DNA from: Octopus vulgaris
Taxonomy: Eukaryota
Assembly: GCA_951406725.2 (NCBI GenBank)
Contig: OX597835.1
Span: forward strand, 37,696,001-37,760,000
DNA length: 64,000 bases
Reading direction: 5' to 3'
The notes under the pieces were generated by a model, which worked only from the letters and a program-made list of their open reading frames with translations, had not been told where the DNA came from and ran no database searches. The position numbers were made by a program, and so were the translations under genes. Every line of letters begins with the position of its first letter. The first letter of the stretch is position 1. Of the stretch, positions 12,480 to 26,971 are shown in pieces.

Positions 12480-13065
12480 TAGTGGTTGTAGTGGTATTGG
12501 CTGTGGTGGTGATGGTGGTGATGGTGCTTATATTTGTGGAGATTAAAGTTGTACAGGTTGCAGTTGTAGTGTTTATTGTTGTGTTGTAGTGGTGGAGGTA
12601 TTGTTGATGGTGGTGGTGGTGGTGGTGGTAGTGGTGGTGGTAGTGGTGGAGGTATTGTTGATGGTGGTGGTGGAAGAAGTGGCAGTTGTGGTGGAACTGA
12701 TGATGACTGTTGCAGTGGTGGTGTTGGTGATCGAGAAGGTGGTGGTGGTGGTAGTTCTGTAGGTGTGATGGTTGTGGTATGGTGGTGGTGGTGGTTGTTG
12801 TGATATTGGTTGTGGTGGTGATGATGCTTATATTTGTGGAGATTATATTTCTACAGGTTGCAGTTGTAGTGTTTATTGTTGTGTTGGTTACAGCACTGGT
12901 GGTGGTGGCTATAATTATGATACCAGTGGCAATAGGAGTTGTATCTTGGTTGGCCTAAGTCTATAGTAGAAGACACTTGCCGAAGGTGCCATACAATGGG
13001 ACTGAACCTGGAACCATATGGTTGGGAAGCAAATTTCCTACCACACATCAACACCTGCACCTATA

Positions 13066-13120
<55 letters not shown>

Positions 13121-14420
13121 ATACATATATGCATATATATACAACAGGCTTCTTTCAGTTTCCATCTACCAAATTCATTCGCAAAGCTTTTGTTGGCCCG
13201 AGGCTACCATAAAAGACACTTGCCGAGAGTGCCATGCAGTGGGACTGAACCCGGAATCAGGGGGTTGGAAAGCAAGTTTCTTACCACCCAACCACACCTG
13301 CACCTATAAATACACACACACACACAAAACACACACACACACACACACACACATACACACAAACACACACACACACACACACTTAATGTATTGTGGCCAC
13401 GTTAAGTATCCATCCTCCATCACAATACCCTTGCAACCAAACTCTCTTGCATCACTGCAGACCACCCTTCATAACCCTCCCCTTTTCCAACTCCCCCCCC
13501 ACTTACCTCTGGCGCCCCTCATCCATATATAGATACCCGCCACCCACATTCCACCCCATTACAACCCCACACCCCTCAATTATCAATTTCGATCATTTTT
13601 CTCTATTTAATTATGAATCTTTTGTAATTCCGCTTCCCCCCCCCTCTCTCTCACTCTCTCTCGCCTCCTCCCCTTGCACCTACTCTTCCTCCTCCTCTTC
13701 CACTTCTTCCTTTTGTTGGCCACCAGTCCTGGACATTGCTTGCGTAATTGGGTTGCAGAGAACTGGTAGTGATGGTGGTGGTGGTGGTGGTGATGGTGCT
13801 GATGGAACTGGTAGCAACGGTGATAGTGTTGGTGGTAGTGATGATGATGGTGGTGGTGGAGGTATTGTTGATGGTGGTGGTGGTGGTGGAGGAGGTGATA
13901 GTGTTGGTGGTAGTGATGATGGTGGTGGTGGTGGTGGTGGTGGAGGTATTGTTGAAGGTGGTGGTAGTGGTGGAGGAAGTGGCAGTTGTGGTAGCTGTGG
14001 TGATAGTGTTGGTGGTAGTGATGTGGTGGTGGTGGTGGTGGTGGTAGTGGTGGAGGTATTGTTGATGGTGGTGGTGGTGGTGGTAGTGGTGGTGGTAGTG
14101 GTGGAGGTATTGTTGATGGTGGTGGTGGTGGATGAAGTGGCAGTTGTGGTGGAACTGATGATGACTGTTGCAGTGGTGGTGTTGGTGATCGAGAAGGTGG
14201 TGGTGGTGGTAGTTCTGTAGGTGTGATGGTTGTGGTATGGTGGTGGTGGTTGTTGTGATATCGGTTGTGGTGGTGATGATGCTTATATTTGTGGAGATTA
14301 TATTTCTACAGGTTGCAGTTGTAGTGGTTATTGTTGTGTTGGTTACAGCACTGGGGGTGGTGGCTATAATTATGGTACCAGTAGTAGTAGTAGTAGTAGT
14401 AGTAGTAGTCTTTGCGGTGG
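12480..14420. repeat. GGT-rich low-complexity tracts with a local duplication (about 12585-12926 vs 14045-14383)
   Basis: Shared unique words GGAACTGATGATGACTGTTGCAG, GATCGAGAAGG and GGAGATTATATTTCTACAGG in both copies. Confidence 0.85.
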
Positions 14421-15352
14421 TGGTACTTGTTTTCATTTTGTTGTTTAGCCTCAAACAGAGCTATAATCAAAGACATGCCAATTATGACCAACCATCCCAC
14501 CTTCTACTATACGTGTCCTTCCTTTATTCAAGACAGGACAGAATGATATGAAGGGATTTAACAGTAGCTATTTCTAGCAGATCATGTGACCACATAGTGA
14601 CTTCTTGTTTGGGATGAAGTAGCTGTGAGTGTTGGTATGAGTTAGAGTTGTAAAGGTGGTAGCAGTGTACATAATTGCAGTGTGGGCGATAGTAGTGATG
14701 GTAGTGTTTGCTACAGTTTAACCCATGGTCAGCTATGATCCGACAGCTATATGGACAAAGACACTCCAGCTGTGCCCATTCCTACATTTTCAAGGTTATC
14801 TCGGATTATATTATGTAATGTATCCTTCACTTTTTATCTGCAGATAAGGCATAATTGAGAGGGGTTTGACAGCTATTTCTAGCAAGTTGATTGATCATGT
14901 ATAAGCTTCCTTGTTGACTCATGATCATAATTTTCATTATTTTGTTTGTTGTTGTTGTTTAGCCCCAGCTCAGGTGTGAGTAAGTAAAGCTATGATCAAC
15001 AGACAATCCAGTGGTGACCATCATGTCTGTTGTTTTTGTTTCTCAGACATTGTGTCACGGACTGTTATTTAAAGTGCTCTTTTAAAGATATTAGAGTGTG
15101 AGTTGAGAAAAATTTTGCTGCTGTTTCTAGCTGCTCCAAAGACCATGTGGAGGCACCTTCAGCTCATAGTGGTGACGGTGGCTATGGGTGGTGGTGTGAG
15201 AAGACATGGAACAGAAAGAGTGAAGGAGAGAGGAATAAGTGGAGGGTAGTTAATGGATAAAGTGAAAGGGGGAAAGAGAAGGAGGGTGAGAGGGAAACAA
15301 AATAAAGTAATGGGCATAATGTATAGAAAAGTATACACACACACACATGCAA

Positions 15353-15427
<75 letters not shown>

Positions 15428-15513
15428 GATAGACGGACAACCAGACAGACAGACAGAGAGACAGACAGACAGATAGATAGATAGATGGATGGATAGATAG
15501 ACAGGCCAATAGA

Positions 15514-15631
15514 TATGTTTCTTTATTAGCCACACAGGGCTGCACACAGACGGGAAAAATTACAAGGTAGAGCTTTTCTTTTTGGAGATAAAAAAAGGTG
15601 GGTTGGTTTTCGATCAAAAGGGGTCGTAAAG
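15514..15631 (-). mobile_element. 3' end of the (TATC)n-associated LINE
   Basis: Reverse complement of about 47260-47375; (GATA)n on both sides. Confidence 0.85.
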
Positions 15632-15634
15632 GCC

Positions 15635-15665
<31 letters not shown>

Positions 15666-15990
15666 CGATAAATTGGTAGATCCATTTCTCTATAACCCAC
15701 TTTTTCTCTCATCGCAATCTCTCTCTCTCCCTCTTTCTCTCTCTCTCTGAAACGGACTGTCCTTAACTCATCCATCATTATCCTCTTTCCTAGACACACA
15801 CACTTTCTCTTCCAATCACTCTGTCTCTCTCTCTTTCTTTCTTTCTTTCTTTTTCTTTCTTTCTCTATTTCTCACCTCATATCTTTCATACCTTTGTCTG
15901 TCCCTGTCTCTTGTTCCTTCAGTCTATCTTTCTATCGCTTTCTCTATCTATTTATTTATCTATATCCATCTTTATCTATCTGTCTGTCTT

Positions 15991-16031
<41 letters not shown>

Positions 16032-16083
16032 ATATCTATCTATCTATCTAGCTGTCTGTCTATCTAATTTGTCAGTCTCTTTG

Positions 16084-16128
<45 letters not shown>

Positions 16129-16451
16129 TATCTGTCTATCTGTGTATATCTATCTATCTATCTATCTCATTCGCTATGTCTCTGTCTTGTGTGTGTGTGT
16201 GCGTGTGTGTGTGTGTGTTTGTGTGTGAAGAACAGACAACCACCTCCTTCCCAAAACACATCTTAATTCCTCTAAACAAAATATTTTTTTCATTGAGAGT
16301 ACTCTATAACTAATGCAAAATCAATTAGAGCATTCATAAAATTCTTAACAAAAGAAATATAATTGAAATGAAGAATCTACAATGGAACAATAGAAAGAAG
16401 ATTTGTATACACATACGCACATAGTCTGGAGTATATATTATTATAGTCTGG

Positions 16452-16499
<48 letters not shown>

Positions 16500-17571
16500 T
16501 CCAGACAATTTTTACTGTCCAGCAAAGCATACACAGAATTACCCATTGGAAGAATTCACAGTGTGAGCAAATGGCAGTCACTGACATTAAATACTGATCA
16601 AAGCAATTAATTGTAGTCTAGAACTTAACTGAGAGCCAATACGGTATCCGCCAACATAAAATATCCCTCCAAACTAACTTAAATAGAAATAAGCAATCTT
16701 TGACTGCTATTTTTAATTTTTCGGTATGTGGCTAAGCAACCTGTTGCTTGCCCTTTTATATATATATATATATAACTTTTTTTTAAAAGTTCCTACCAAT
16801 AATGGTCATATTTCCATACTGAAATCTACCTGGAAATAATTGCTGGTTTTTAAAAATTAATAATTATTTACCCTTATATTATTAATATATATATATAAAT
16901 ATATGTATATATATATATATATATATATCTTTTACTCTTTTACTTGTTTCAGTCATTTGACTGCGGCCATGCTGGAGCACCACCTTTCGTCGAGCAAATC
17001 AACCCTGGGACTTATTCTTTGTAAGCCCAGTACTTATTCTATCAGTCTCTTTTGCCGAACCGCTAAGTGACGGGGACGTAAACACACCAGCATCGGTTGT
17101 CAAGCAATGCTAGGGAGACAAACACAGACACACAAACATACACACACACACACACACATATATATACATATATATACGACGGGCTTCTTTCAGTTTCCGT
17201 CTACCAAATCCACTCACAAGGCTTTGGTCAGCCTGAAGCTATAGTAGAAGACACTTGCCCAAGATGCCACACAGTGGGACTGAACCCGGAACCAAGTGGT
17301 TGGTAAGCAAGCTACTTACCACATGGCCACTCCTGCACCTATGTTAACTTCTTTTTTTTCTTTTTTAAGGGTATCTAGGATATAAAGGCCTACAAGGTCA
17401 GCTTTCTCTGCACTGCCATAGCTCTCCATTACCATGCCAAATAACATGTTGCTGTGTTGTTAAGAAATTTACTTTGCAAACACAGAGCTTTGGACTGAGC
17501 CTTACTGTGCTGCACCTTGGGCTTGGACTATTGTCTCCAGCTGACCATTAGTTTCCGATTAAGTGTGTATA

Positions 17572-17788
17572 CAAAGGGGTTGCTGAAAAGTTCCTTGCTT
17601 TGGATAAAAGTAAATACGGGAAGATCAGTTAATTATGATTTTATTGAACATATTCCCCTCTCGGATTCACCTACTTTTGATAGCTGTCCTTCAGTTTTCC
17701 TAATCTCTGTAAAAGAACTCAGACAGTTGGGCCCCTCAACCAGGTCTTTCACAATACCCTTAAAGCCAGGAACTTTTCAGCACCCACC
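17572..17788. mobile_element. Mariner-derived MITE
   Basis: TIRs GCTGAAAAGTTCCT / AGGAACTTTTCAGC with TA flanks; partial copy at 37013-37158. Confidence 0.8.
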
Positions 17789-17797
17789 TATATGTAA

Positions 17798-17846
<49 letters not shown>

Positions 17847-17945
17847 GTGAATCTAAACAAAGAAGAACAAAAAAGAAAAAACAATAATGCGAGGATGTGG
17901 TACAAATACTATATTATCAGACGCTCAGGAAAGGAAGGAAAGAGG

Positions 17946-17980
17946 ATTTAACATTTCAAGCCATGCTCTTCATCAGAAAT
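17946..17980 (-). ncRNA. Degenerate minimal hammerhead motif (Penelope-like type)
   Basis: Minus strand ATTT-CTGATGA-AGAGCATGGCTT-GAAAT-GTT-AAAT; consistent with CpG decay of GCTCGAAACGTT. Confidence 0.45.
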
Positions 17981-18043
17981 AGAGGAAAGTCGAAAGGAAG
18001 GGAAGACAGAGGAAGAAAATTGCCAACGATACACATGCAATTA

Positions 18044-18074
<31 letters not shown>

Positions 18075-18194
18075 GGGAGTATAACTCCAAATTTACAGGG
18101 AAAAATTCAATTTAGTATTAAATCAAATTATCTCTAATTTATAGCCCCAGCATGGCCGCGGCCTTCGGGCTAAATCATTTTTAAGGATTTAAGG

Positions 18195-18255
<61 letters not shown>

Positions 18256-18644
18256 CATACCTGCATGCACATACACACACACACACACATATGGGGATAT
18301 TTTATAAATAGACCTTATAAGTGTGTTGGAATTTTACAAACTACAAAGTAAATTTTGAATGTAGTATACATGTCCAAAAGCACAAGAAAGATTGGGCATT
18401 TACTCTTAGAAAATGGAAAAAAGGCTGCTTGCTGGCAGCTCCTTAGTGAAATATGTGAATATATATTTTATTTTTTAAGTTACAGTATACGGATTCAAGT
18501 AATCTGCTATTATTCAGAAATAAAAGCTCCTTAATGTATCATTCTACGAAACATATGGAATGCATAGTACAATAATAGAGAAAACAATGAGTATATAGAA
18601 TCATGAATGACAGACATAGTTCTGTCAGTTGTGACTTTATAAAT

Positions 18645-18891
18645 ATAATAATTATTTGAGGGAATATTATTCCTAACTTACAGGGAAAACTTCAATTTAG
18701 AAATACTAAATCAAATTTCACAAAATATAACATATATCATCATCATCATCATCATCATCATCAACGTTTAGCATCCGTTTTCCATGCTAGCATGGGTTGG
18801 ACGGTTCAACTGGGGTCTGTGAAGCCAGAAGGCTTCATCAGGCCCAGTCAGATCTGGCAGCGTTTCTATGGCTGGATGCCCTTCCTAACGC

Positions 18892-18946
<55 letters not shown>

Positions 18947-19231
18947 TAGAAAAAAACATCTTTTATCAATTCAAAACGAAAAATTAAATTACACCATCTA
19001 GAAAATTACATATAGAAATATTAAAATTAAGATAACAATAATATACCGATGATTAAGTAAATTGCAAAATAATAATAAAAAAATATATACATTTATATTA
19101 ATAATTTGCAATTTACTTAATCATTGGTATAATATTGTTATTTTAATTTTAATATTTCTATTATATGTAATTTTCTAGATGGTGTAATTTAATTGTTCAT
19201 TTTGAATTGATAAAAGGTAGGGTTTTTTTTC

Positions 19232-19238
<7 letters not shown>
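18645..19238. mobile_element. (TA)n-embedded fold-back element with a palindrome of about 295 bp (18943-19237); interrupted by an RTE tail
   Basis: Both modules are near-identical to 51691-51930; 19095-19237 is the reverse complement of 18943-19080. Confidence 0.85.
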
Positions 19239-19273
<35 letters not shown>

Positions 19274-19380
19274 CCCACACACACCTGTTCACTTACATAA
19301 ATATAGACAGACCAACAGGTAGATCAATTGATTGATTGATTGACAGATGCATAGATAGGTGAATGTTTTTTAAGTTTATG

Positions 19381-19620
19381 TTTATAAAACCAAAAGAAAG
19401 CAAGTTATAAGAAATAATACAAATGAATGGTTTTGCACTTTTACCTGGTACTCCAATATTACAATTCACTACAGAACAGAGAGGTCAGCGTCATAACACC
19501 ATTCCTGCAAAGATTCCTTGAAAAAGAGGTCCTAACTCCCAAATATTTGAAATACAACGTAAAAGTACAAATCATCAACTTGTACTATTTCTTATAACTT
19601 GCATAGTTTCAGGTTTAAAA
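19381..19620. mobile_element. Old MITE-like element with imperfect inverted ends of about 60 bp
   Basis: GCAAGTTATAAGAAATA..CTTTTAC versus GTAAAAG..TATTTCTTATAACTTGC. Confidence 0.6.
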
Positions 19621-19884
19621 CAATGCTAACTCAGCCATACAAATGTACGGTAAATATATGTACTGATAGTCTGGACTTAGCTAAACCATTCAGTGATGGA
19701 GTAGTCTAGTCCAGTGATCTAGCTTTGCTCAAGGAGTGGTTATCTCCCCTCTCGGTATATAATATAATATAATGAAATTATTGTATACAGTGCTAAGGTG
19801 CACCACAACTTGTCAAAAGTGTGTATAAAGCATATGCAGTAATGTACAAATGTCTGGAAAGTGAACAGTGAAAAAAGCCCGTCG

Positions 19885-19948
<64 letters not shown>

Positions 19949-20141
19949 TGTGTTTTTCTCCCCACCATCGCTTGTCAACTGAGGTTGGTGTGTTTACATC
20001 CCTGTAACTTAGCGGATTGGCAAAAAGATTTTGATAGAATAAGTACTTGGCTTACAAAGAATAAGTCTTGGGGACGATTTGTTCGACTAAAAGCAGTGCT
20101 TCACCATGGCCACAGTCAAATGATTGCAACAAGTAAATGAA

Positions 20142-20187
<46 letters not shown>

Positions 20188-20424
20188 CACACATACATAT
20201 ATAGAGAGAAAGAGAGACAAACAGACAGACAGACATAGATGATACAAGACGATAGACAATGAATATTGATAGAAATAACAAATGTGTCACAGAGAGCGAG
20301 AGAGACAGACAGACAGAACAGATAGATAAAAATGCAGTGATGCAGTTAGTTTAGACAGAGTGTGGGGTGGAAGAGTAGAAGAGTATAGAACAAGTTAGAT
20401 AGATAAATAGACAGAGAGAGAGAG

Positions 20425-20460
<36 letters not shown>

Positions 20461-20759
20461 TATTTTCCTGACATTTCTGAATGCCTAATGTGTTGTATGG
20501 ACATCCATACAAACTACATTAACATCATGCATGAGTGGTTTTACAAGGAGAAGGCAGAGGGTAGGGGAGAAAGAGGAGGGGGTGGATTATAGCAGTAGGG
20601 ACATTCACTTGGATAGGGTGGGTGGGTCGGTGGGTATTAAGGGTAGAAGGAAGGAAGGAAGTAAGGAAGGAAAGCTGGATCTTTTGTTTCCAAATTCTCA
20701 GAGGCTCTGCAAGAGTGGCGGCAGTGTTGTTGTTGAGTGGTTTGGTTTTGTGGTTAGGT

Positions 20760-21340
20760 TGTTTTTGATGGTGGTGGTGGTGGTCGTCGTCGTGGTGGTG
20801 TTAATTGTGGTGGTAATGGTGGTAGTGGTTGTAGTAGTAGTGGTAGTTGTGGTGTTATCATCGATGAAAATGGCGATGATGATGATGTGGTGGTGGTGAT
20901 GATGATGATGATGGTGGCGGTGGTGGTAGTGGTGGTGGTGGTGATGGTGGTTGTGGTGGTGCTTGTTGTGGTAGTGGTGGTTGCAATGATGGTGGTGATG
21001 GTGGTGTTGGTGGTGGTGTGTATGAGGTGTTGGTAACAGTAGTTGTAGTGGAGGTGGTGGTGGTGGCAGTTATGGTGGTAGTAATTGTATTGGTGATAGT
21101 AGTGGTGGGGGTGCTAGTTGTGTTAGTGTTGGTGGTGGTGACAGTTAAGGTGGTAGTAATTGTACTGGTGATGGTGGTGGTACTATTAAAGATAATGATA
21201 GCAGTAATATTATGGTGGTATTGTTGTGATGGTGATGGTGGTGTTGGTGTAGGTGGTGGTTGCGGTAGTGGTGGTGGTGGTGGTAGTAGTGGTGGTGGGG
21301 ATAATGGTAAGGATGGTGGTGCAGGCGAAGTCATATGATG
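20760..21340. repeat. Degenerate (GGT/GAT/AGT)n tract
   Basis: Read directly. Confidence 0.9.
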
Positions 21341-21499
21341 GTAGGATATTATGCATTGAAGCCAATGGCAGATGTAATGGGTGAAACACAGACAGACAAA
21401 GAGACAGACAGATAGATAAACAGAGAGAGAGAGAGAGAAAGAGTGGAAGAGAAGACGTATATATAAAGAGAGAGAGAGAGAGAGAGAAATTGACATATA

Positions 21500-21536
<37 letters not shown>

Positions 21537-21809
21537 ATGCATATAGATATAGATACATATTTAGAGAGATAGATGACAGAGGTAGACAGATATATACACA
21601 GACAGACATATAGATAGATAGATAGGTAAATATAGACAGATAGATAGATGTAAAATATGACAGCCAGTCTGACAGGTGCACAGACAATTAGACAGGTAAG
21701 CAAACAGTAGTGAGCAGACAGATGGATATATGCAGACAAGGAATTAAGCAAACAATGAAGTTGGTCAGTTGATAATACAGGTTCCAAATGTTTTTTAGCA
21801 CGTAGTGTA

Positions 21810-21848
<39 letters not shown>

Positions 21849-21941
21849 GTTTGTATATGTATGTATGTATACATATATACATACATATGCATGTATGTGT
21901 TTATATATGTTTGTATATGTATGTATGTATACATATATATG

Positions 21942-22228
21942 TGGAGGCACATGGCCTAGTGGTTAGAGCAGCAGACTCGCAATCGAGGGATCGCAGGTTT
22001 GAATCTCAGACTGGGCGATGTGAGTGTTCATGAGCGAAACACCTAAGCTCCATGTGGCTCCAGCAGAAGGTAATGGCAAACTTCTGCTGACTCTTTCACC
22101 TCAACTTTACTCCTGTATCTTGCAGCTCACCTGCAATGCACCGGTGTCCCATTTAGGTGGGGAACCTATATGCCAAGGAAACCGGAAAACCAGCCCTAAT
22201 GAGCCAGGTATGGCTCAAGAAGGAACAA
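21942..22228 (+). mobile_element. tRNA-derived SINE family C
   Basis: TGGCCTAGTGGTTAGAGC...GGTTTGAATC head; related copies at 9545-9853(-), 55890-56175(-), 59017-59232(+). Confidence 0.8.
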
Positions 22229-22689
22229 GCATACATATACATGTATGTGTTTGTATATGTATGTATATATACATATATACATACATATGCATACATAATG
22301 TATACCCCAATCTACATATATACATGTGCATGTGAAGGCTCAGTGGTTAGAGTATTAGGCTTGCAATCATGAGGTGGTAATTTCAATTCTCAGACGGTGC
22401 TGTGTGTTATGCTCCAATCTCTTTTCAGGGGATCAATTCGGTAAGAATGGCTGTAAGACGGATCAAGTTGAGCAGCTATAGAAGCAATTATATGAACAAA
22501 TTAACATAAATTAATTATATTAAATATTGTAAATATAATATACATATATATATATTTTGTACATTAAAACCTAAGGTTTTATCTGTTTATTTGGATCATT
22601 GTCTCCATATCTGCACACATAGAGTCCCTTTATATATATTCTTTACACTGCTGACTTGGTCCTTCGTGAAGAAATCAGGATTTAAATTC

Positions 22690-24980
22690 AAGGAAAAGAA
22701 AGAGGCTTGGAGAGGCTATTATGAAAGACTGCTAAACATGGAGAATAAATGGGAGGAGGAGAGCCTGCCAAATGTTGACCCAGTAAGGGGACCAGCTATC
22801 CGAATAGACAGCTCCCTTGTAGATAAAGCATTTAAGGGTAAGAAGCCAGAAAAGCACCCGGCCCATCAGGAATCCTGAGATGCTTAAAACATCTGGTGGT
22901 GTGGGCTGTGGCCTAGTCACCCGCATTGTAAACCAGGTAGTTCATGATGGAGTCATACCCAATGACTGGCGTAGCAGCACCATAGTCAACTGCTACAAGG
23001 CTAAAGGTGATGCTTTTGATAGAAATAACTACAGGGGTATCAAACTGCTGGATCAGGTGATGAAGGTCACAGAGAAGGTCAAAGCCCATCTCATTAAGGA
23101 GAGAGTCTGCTTAGATGAGATGTAGTCTAGTTTTGTACCAGGTAGAAGCACCACTGATGCCATATTCCTGGTTCAACAACTGCAGGAGAAATACGTAGCT
23201 AAAGATAAACCCCTATACTTACCTTCTGTGGACTTGGAGAAAGCCTTTGACAGGGTCCTGATCCCTTATCTGGTGGGCAATGCAGAAACTAGGGATTGAT
23301 GAATGGTTAATAAGGGCTATACAGGCCCTACACAGAGATTAAGGTTAGGATTGGCAATGAGTATAGTGAAGAATTCCAGGTAGAAGTAGGGGTCCACCAA
23401 GGTTCAGCCCTCACTCACCTTTTATTCATCATAGTCCTCCAGGCAATAACAGAAGAATTCAAGATGGATTGCCACTGGGAACTCCTCTATGCTGATGATC
23501 TGACCCTCATAGCAGAATCACTACCAGAACTAGAAAAGAAATTTCGGGTGTGGAAGCAAGGTTGAGAATCAAAAGGCCTTAGAGTCAATGTAGCAAAGAT
23601 CAAAGTTCTAGTATGTAGGAAGGCGTAAACATCACACACACCCTCAGGTAGGTGGCCCTGCTTTGATCTGTAGAAAAGGTGTAGGTAGAAACTCCATAAG
23701 ATGTACCCAGTGTAAACTATGGACACATAAGAGGTGCAGCAACATCAAAGGAAGATTAACTGATAAGATAGCTTTCATGTGCAGCAGATGCATAGGGGTA
23801 ATAAACACTACAGATGCTCAGAAAACAAATTCCATTACACTCTTGGGGGAGAAACTAGAAGTAGTTGATAGCTTCCGCTACCTAGGTGACCAAGTCTGTA
23901 GTCGGGGTGGATGTTCAGAGAGTGTTACCACTAAATTAAGAATTGCGTGGGCAAAGTTTAGAAAGCTTCTACTCCTACTGGTGACAAAGGGCCTCTCACT
24001 CAGAGTGAAAGGTAGATTGTATGACGCATGTGTGCAAACTGCCATGCTTCATGGCAGTGAAACATGGGACATGACTTCGGAGGACATGCGTAGGCTCGAA
24101 AGAAATGAAGCTAGCATGATGCACTAAATATGTAATGTCAGTGTGCACACACAACAGAGTGTAAGCACCCTGAGAGAAATGTTGGACGTAAGAAGCATCG
24201 GATGTGGCGTGCAAGAGAGATGTTTGTGCTGGTATGGTCATGTACTACGGATGGATGAGGAGAGATGTGTGAAGAAGTGTCACTCCCAAAACGTTGAAGG
24301 AATCCGGAGTAGAGGTAGACCCAGGAAGACATGGGATGAGGTGGTCAAGCATGACCTTCAAATATTGGGCCTCACAGAGGCAATGATGAAAGACCAAGAC
24401 TTCCAGAGATATGCTGTGACTGCGAAGACCTGACAAATAAAGTGAGTTCATGGCTGTATTCTACACCAGTTTTGCATAACCAGCCCCAGCCCATTCCAAA
24501 GTACCTTGGATCATAGTTCGACCTGCTGTGCTTGTGGAGACCTATTGAGTCAAGTACATCAACATCAAAATGAAAATCAAATGGAAATTGTAGCTATGAT
24601 ACCCTGCCGGTGGCACGTAAAAAGCACCATCGGAATGTGGACAATGCCAGTGGCATGTAAAATGCACCAACTGATCATGGCCGTTGCCAGCCTCCTCTGG
24701 CCTCTGTGCCGGTGGTACATAAAAATCTATCTTCACTTCTTTTATTTCATGTGTTATTGCTGTTTAGTCTTGCCAATGGCAAGATGGCCTCACTAGTGCT
24801 GGTGCCATAAAAAAGAGCATGCAGTATGCTCTATAAAATGGTTGGCATTTGGAAGGATATCCAACCTTAGACACCATGGCAAAACTGAATCAGTGGAGCA
24901 GGACACGGTCCTCTAAATCATCAGTTGTTGTAAACCATCCAACCGACTCAAGCATGGAAGGCAAATGTGAAATGGTAATG
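22690..24980 (+). mobile_element. 5'-truncated RTE-clade LINE (RT, PHD-type insert, C-terminus, 3'UTR); inactive, with stops and frameshifts
   Basis: IPNDW, NYRGIKLL, DLEKAFDRV, VGVHQGS, LYADD (23488), FRYLG, HGSETW, WYGHVLRM, RGRPRKTW; stop at 24433. Confidence 0.93.
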
Positions 24981-26585
24981 TTGTGTGTGTTTATACGTAC
25001 ATATATACATATATCTGTATGTGCTTCTGTGTGTGTATGACTGTATGAAGTCTTGTGTGTATGTTAGCATGTACTATGCTTGAGCATGTATGAATGTTTC
25101 TATGTACATACATACATACATATATACATATATACATACATACATATCATTATCATCATCATCATCATCGGTTAACGTCCGCTTTCCATGCTAGCATGGG
25201 TTGGATGGTTCAACTGGGGTCTGGGAAGCCAGGAGGCTGATCTGGCAGAGTTTCTACAGCTGGATGCCCTTCCTAATGCCAACCACTCAGAGAGTGTAGT
25301 GGGTGCTTTTTATGTGCCAGGCGAGGCTGGCAACGGTCATGATCGGTTGGTGCTTTTTACGTGCCACTGGCATGGAGGCCAGTCGAGGCAGCGCTGGCAA
25401 TGGCCACGTTCGGATGGTTCTATTACATGTCACCGGCACTGGTATCACAACTGCAATTTCCATTGATTTTGATATGCACACACACACACACACACACAAC
25501 ATATTATGTATATACATATACACTTTTATTCTTATATTTGTTTCAGTCTTTTAACTGTGGCAATGCTGGAGCACCGGAACGCTGGAAGGGTTTTGTCAAG
25601 CAAATCAGCTTCTATCTTTAAGCTGACTACCTATTTATCAGTCTCTTGTGCCAAACCGTTAAGTTATAGGGGCATAAACACATTAACATCAGTTGTCAGG
25701 TGTGTGTGTGGGGGGGGAAACAAACAGATACAAAGACACACACACACACACACACACGTATATAATACAAATAAGAAAATGGAGAACAAATTTGGTTTGT
25801 TCATCAACTTACAGATATAATGTTGGATTATTTATTCCTTTTACAAATGAGAACATCAAAAGCATACAAAAATATTATATAAATCAATAGATAAGATAAT
25901 AATACAAATACAGATTTTAAAAGTCATCATCATCATCATTTAATGTCTGCTTTCCATGCTAGCATGGGTTGGACGGTTCAACTGGGGTCTGGGAAGCCAG
26001 AAGGCTGCACCAGGCCAGTCAGATCTGGCAGTGTTTCTACAGCTGGATGCCCTTCCTAACGCCAACCACTCCATGAGTGTAGTGGGTGCTATTTACATGC
26101 CACTGGCACAGAGGCCAAAGGAGGCTGGCAACATCCACAATCAGTTGGTGCTTTTTATGTGCCACCGGCACGGAGGCCAGTCAGGACAGCGCTGGCAACA
26201 GCCACATTCGGATGGTTCTCTTATGTGCCACCAGCACTGATATCACCACCTCAATTTCCATTGATTTTGATCGATTTTGATTTCATAGTATAAATTAATA
26301 GTCATAGGATAAATTAATGAAATCCTAAAGATTACTTCTTACAGCTGTTTCAGCCTATGGTCAAAAGTAAACTTAATTTTCATTGCCTATAGATGTCAAC
26401 ATACTAAGGTTGTAGGCATTTAAAAAATATTATACTTATATATTAAAAAGAAACATTTTTTGCAATTAAAAACATTTATGAATTAAGAATTTGGGTACTT
26501 TACCAACAGTATATTGGATAAATGATATCCCATTGTGGGTTACACCCATAACCCCTATCTTACTTTTGCTATATTTATATATATA

Positions 26586-26635
<50 letters not shown>

Positions 26636-26850
26636 GTATGTATGGGTTGCTTTCATTTTCTGTCTACCAAATACACTGGCAAGGCTTTGGTTGGCCTGAG
26701 GCTATAGTAGAAGACACTTGCCCAAGGTATCACACAGTGGGACTGAACCTGGAGCTATATGGTTGGCAAGCAGGCATCTTACCACACAGCCATGCCTGCA
26801 CCTATGTATGTGTATACATTCAGTTATACATACATACATAGATATATCTA

Positions 26851-26892
<42 letters not shown>

Positions 26893-26922
26893 CATATTTA
26901 TATATATATATTTGTGTGTGTC

Positions 26923-26971
<49 letters not shown>

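Noticed and set aside
13393-14454. 275-aa and 267-aa Gly/Val and Thr/His-rich ORFs
   Set aside because: Open on both strands because of GGT repeats; no splice signals or domain.
19445-19504. 60-nt minus-strand exon between inverted repeats
   Set aside because: Stops in all frames and a weak pyrimidine tract; better explained as MITE interior.
26335-26420. Hammerhead half (GAAAC-AGCT-GTA on the minus strand, with a stem II remnant)
   Set aside because: The CTGANGA half is missing; at most a truncated relic.
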